The notes under the pieces were generated by a model. The model saw only the letters and a list, made by a program, of their open reading frames with translations. It made no database searches and was not told the DNA's origin. The position numbers and the translations under genes were made by a program. Positions 62,224 through 64,000 of a stretch of 64,000 bases of DNA are shown here, piece by piece. Source of the stretch: Candidatus Sulfotelmatobacter sp. (GTDB taxonomy: Bacteria > Patescibacteriota > Saccharimonadia > Saccharimonadales > UBA4665); NCBI GenBank assembly GCA_035508275.1, contig DATJNI010000007.1:60324-124323 (forward strand). Reading direction: 5' to 3'. How positions within the stretch are numbered: the first letter of the stretch is position 1; each line of letters begins with the position of its first letter.

Positions 62224-62253
62224 AATATACGCTTTTTGACGTGCCACGGTCAA
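62224..62253 (-). promoter_or_regulatory. candidate sigma-70-type promoter for rny (TTGACC-N18-TATATT on the minus strand)
   Basis: Read from the reverse complement of 62221-62260. Implies a ~185-nt leader before the rny ATG. Confidence 0.35.
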
Positions 62254-62258
62254 TTATT

Positions 62259-62651
62259 TTACTTTCTTGGAGTAGTGATGTGAGGTTCTCGACCATAGTT
62301 TGGAACAGCTACGTAGTCGTTTTCGTTATTTTCTAGTCTTTTTAGGCCAAGGTTTACCCAGTCGTGTGTGCCAGTTGATACGAGCGGGATGCTAAGACTA
62401 TAAGCTAGAGTATTAGCAACACTGAAGCCGATTCTAAGACCGGTAAAGCTGCCGGGGCCAGCAAATATTATGAGGCCTCCCAGGTCTTTTATTTCCATGT
62501 CAGATTTTTTAAGTAAATCGGTAATTTTTACTAGTATGGTTTTAGATAGTTCTTTGTGTGCCTGCCATTTTATTTTCTCTATTTCTTGGCCATCTTTTAT
62601 TAGGCTGATTTCAGCCTCTGGGTTATCGGTTTTAATGGTTAATATGTTCAT
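62259..62651 (-). CDS. tsaB: TsaB-like protein, short form (130 aa)
   Basis: FAGPGSFTGLRIGFSVANTLA motif. Only the N-terminal half of a canonical TsaB appears to be present. Confidence 0.8.
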   Translation of the reverse strand: MNILTIKTDNPEAEISLIKDGQEIEKIKWQAHKELSKTILVKITDLLKKSDMEIKDLGGLIIFAGPGSFTGLRIGFSVANTLAYSLSIPLVSTGTHDWVNLGLKRLENNENDYVAVPNYGREPHITTPRK

Positions 62652-62655
62652 TGGT

Positions 62656-63102
62656 TTAGTTTAGTAAATAACTATAGCTCTTAGGATACTTTATATTTAG
62701 TTTTCTAGAATTCTCACCAGTAACCGTAATTGTTATTGTCAGCCTTTGACTAGGAAGTACGTTTTTTACAATGTCTGACCATTCTACAATTACGACCGCA
62801 TTTTTATCTTCTGTAGCTTCAGCTAGTTCGCTAGCCATAATGCCGGGTTCATTTAGTCTATAAAAGTCGTAGTGGTAACTAGTGAACTTCTCTCCCCTGT
62901 ATTCATTTTTAATGTTAAAGCTCGGACTAGTAACATTTGCTTTTATATAGGCGCCAGCTACTAGACCTTTGGTAAATGTGGTTTTGCCTCCACCCAGGTC
63001 GCTAACAAGCTCAATGACCTCTCCGCCTTTTAGCTTGGAGCCAATTGTCTCAGCGAAAGCTGTTAGTTCTTTCTCATTACTTAATTCTTTAACTATATCC
63101 AT
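62656..63102 (-). CDS. tsaE: tRNA t6A biosynthesis ATPase TsaE
   Basis: P-loop LVSDLGGGKTTFTKGL, SPSFNI, HYDFYRL and VIVEW motifs. Confidence 0.9.
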   Translation of the reverse strand: MDIVKELSNEKELTAFAETIGSKLKGGEVIELVSDLGGGKTTFTKGLVAGAYIKANVTSPSFNIKNEYRGEKFTSYHYDFYRLNEPGIMASELAEATEDKNAVVIVEWSDIVKNVLPSQRLTITITVTGENSRKLNIKYPKSYSYLLN

Positions 63103-63144
63103 AGTTGTTGCTCGCTACTCGTAAAAATATACTATTATATTACT

Positions 63145-63672
63145 ATGCTGCAACTAAGCAATGCGCTGGTCGGTAAGACTGTTCTCTCGCTTCGGACGGG
63201 AACACCGATCGCTAAAGTTTTGGGTACAGTTATTAACCCCGATAACTTAAAGATTGAGGGCTTCTATGTAGAGGAGAAATTCTCTAAGAAGCATTTAGTC
63301 TTAGTTAGTCAGGATATCCGTGAGGTTTTGCATAACGGCTTTGTAGTTAATGATCAGGAGGTGCTGGTTGAGCCAGGGGAGTTAGTAAGACTAAAGAAAG
63401 TTATTGACTTAGAGTTTAGTTTAATTGGTAAACAGGTTGTGACAGTTTCAAAGGAGAAAGTCGGTAAGGTTAGTGACTACGCTACCGAAACGACTACCTT
63501 TTTCATTCAGAAGATATATGTCAGCCAGTCTATTTTAAAGAGTTTTACGGGTGGAAACCTGAGTATCGATAGAAGCCAAATACAAGAAATAACTAATACA
63601 AAAGTAATTATTAACGATTTGTACGGTAAAGATAGCGTGCCTTCAGTTGCAACCGCGCCGAGCGCTTTTTAG
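63145..63672 (+). CDS. tandem PRC-barrel-like domain protein
   Basis: Two repeats of the L-[VI]-GK-x-V...G...G-x-V pattern (LVGKTVLSLRTGTPIAKVLGTVI and LIGKQVVTVSKEKVGKVSDY). Confidence 0.5.
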   Translation: MLQLSNALVGKTVLSLRTGTPIAKVLGTVINPDNLKIEGFYVEEKFSKKHLVLVSQDIREVLHNGFVVNDQEVLVEPGELVRLKKVIDLEFSLIGKQVVTVSKEKVGKVSDYATETTTFFIQKIYVSQSILKSFTGGNLSIDRSQIQEITNTKVIINDLYGKDSVPSVATAPSAF

Positions 63673-64000
63673 TCACCTTTAACTGCGTCCTTGATGTCAG
63701 AGTACGAGTAGCCTTGCCGAGAAAGATACTGCATGAGTTTTAGGTCGTCCTGATAACGAGTTTGTCTTCTTTTTATTTCAACCAGCTGTTTGATAGAGGA
63801 TTTGTCACTTAGCTCCGTCTGGGTTAAAACCTTATCTATTACCTCTCCTTTTATATGTTTGGCACGAAGTGAATAACGTATTTTATTAATCGAGGCAGGG
63901 GAGAAGCTTTTATGGTCGTTAACGAAGGCAAGGGCAAAGGCTTCATCATTAATTAAACCTAGATTACTTAACTTGTTAAGTATTGCATCGGTCAGGGCAG
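63669..64000 (-). CDS. recX: RecX-like regulatory protein, C-terminal ~110 codons (5-prime end beyond the window)
   Basis: My reverse-strand translation reads ...LSNLGLINDEAFALAFVNDHKSFSPASINKIRYSLRAKHIKGEVIDKVL...LMQYLSRQGYSYSDIKDAVKGD-stop. These are RecX-type helical repeats. Not in the ORF track because it is open-ended. Confidence 0.7.
   Translation of the reverse strand, partial: ALTDAILNKLSNLGLINDEAFALAFVNDHKSFSPASINKIRYSLRAKHIKGEVIDKVLTQTELSDKSSIKQLVEIKRRQTRYQDDLKLMQYLSRQGYSYSDIKDAVKGD

Noticed and set aside
1-64000. Alternative genetic code (TGA recoding, as in some CPR lineages)
   Set aside because: Well-supported genes terminate at TGA (murD at 22366-22368, the recombinase at 59632-59634). 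No conserved gene needs read-through of an in-frame TGA.

Overview
This is a gene-dense bacterial chromosomal window using the standard genetic code (TGA serves as a stop, e.g. at murD and the recombinase). The gene content suggests a reduced-genome, Gram-positive-type lineage such as Patescibacteria/CPR (Saccharibacteria-like): stand-alone single domains, a 130-aa TsaB, peptidoglycan genes with unusual fusions, many small acidic orphan proteins, and surface proteins ending in LVNTGPGD plus a TM helix and basic tail. That placement is inference only. I can support about 80 CDS and 8 tRNA genes, all with an encoded 3-prime CCA. I saw no rRNA and no CRISPR array. Housekeeping genes are pcrA (partial), tpiA, pgk, murD, murA, murB, folD, glyA, tmk, tag, rny, ymdB, tsaB, tsaE and recX (partial). 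The most interesting observations are: (1) an AT-richer island of about 6.9 kb (about 52.78-59.63 kb) next to tRNA-Pro(UGG), with a large serine recombinase whose last codons overlap the tRNA 3-prime end. It carries a tightly packed five-gene operon (ParB/Srx-like, an internally duplicated Cys/His protein, VOC, ASCH/DUF3850, PPC/DUF296) that matches no system I know. (2) A proteasome-beta-like Ntn hydrolase with Ser at the Thr1 position, followed by micro-ORFs and repeated hairpins. (3) A six-gene same-strand surface cluster with a divergent VWA / MoxR-like / DUF58-like core between two LVNTGPGD-sorted proteins. (4) An ATP-grasp / CofE-like / RibD_C / MFS operon. (5) A 36-nt ECF-type promoter present twice. 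(6) An HTH-MurA fusion and a translationally coupled MurD plus PP-loop (MurL-like) pair. All functional calls come from motif recognition by eye on the supplied translations and my own reading of the DNA. No database search or computation was run.
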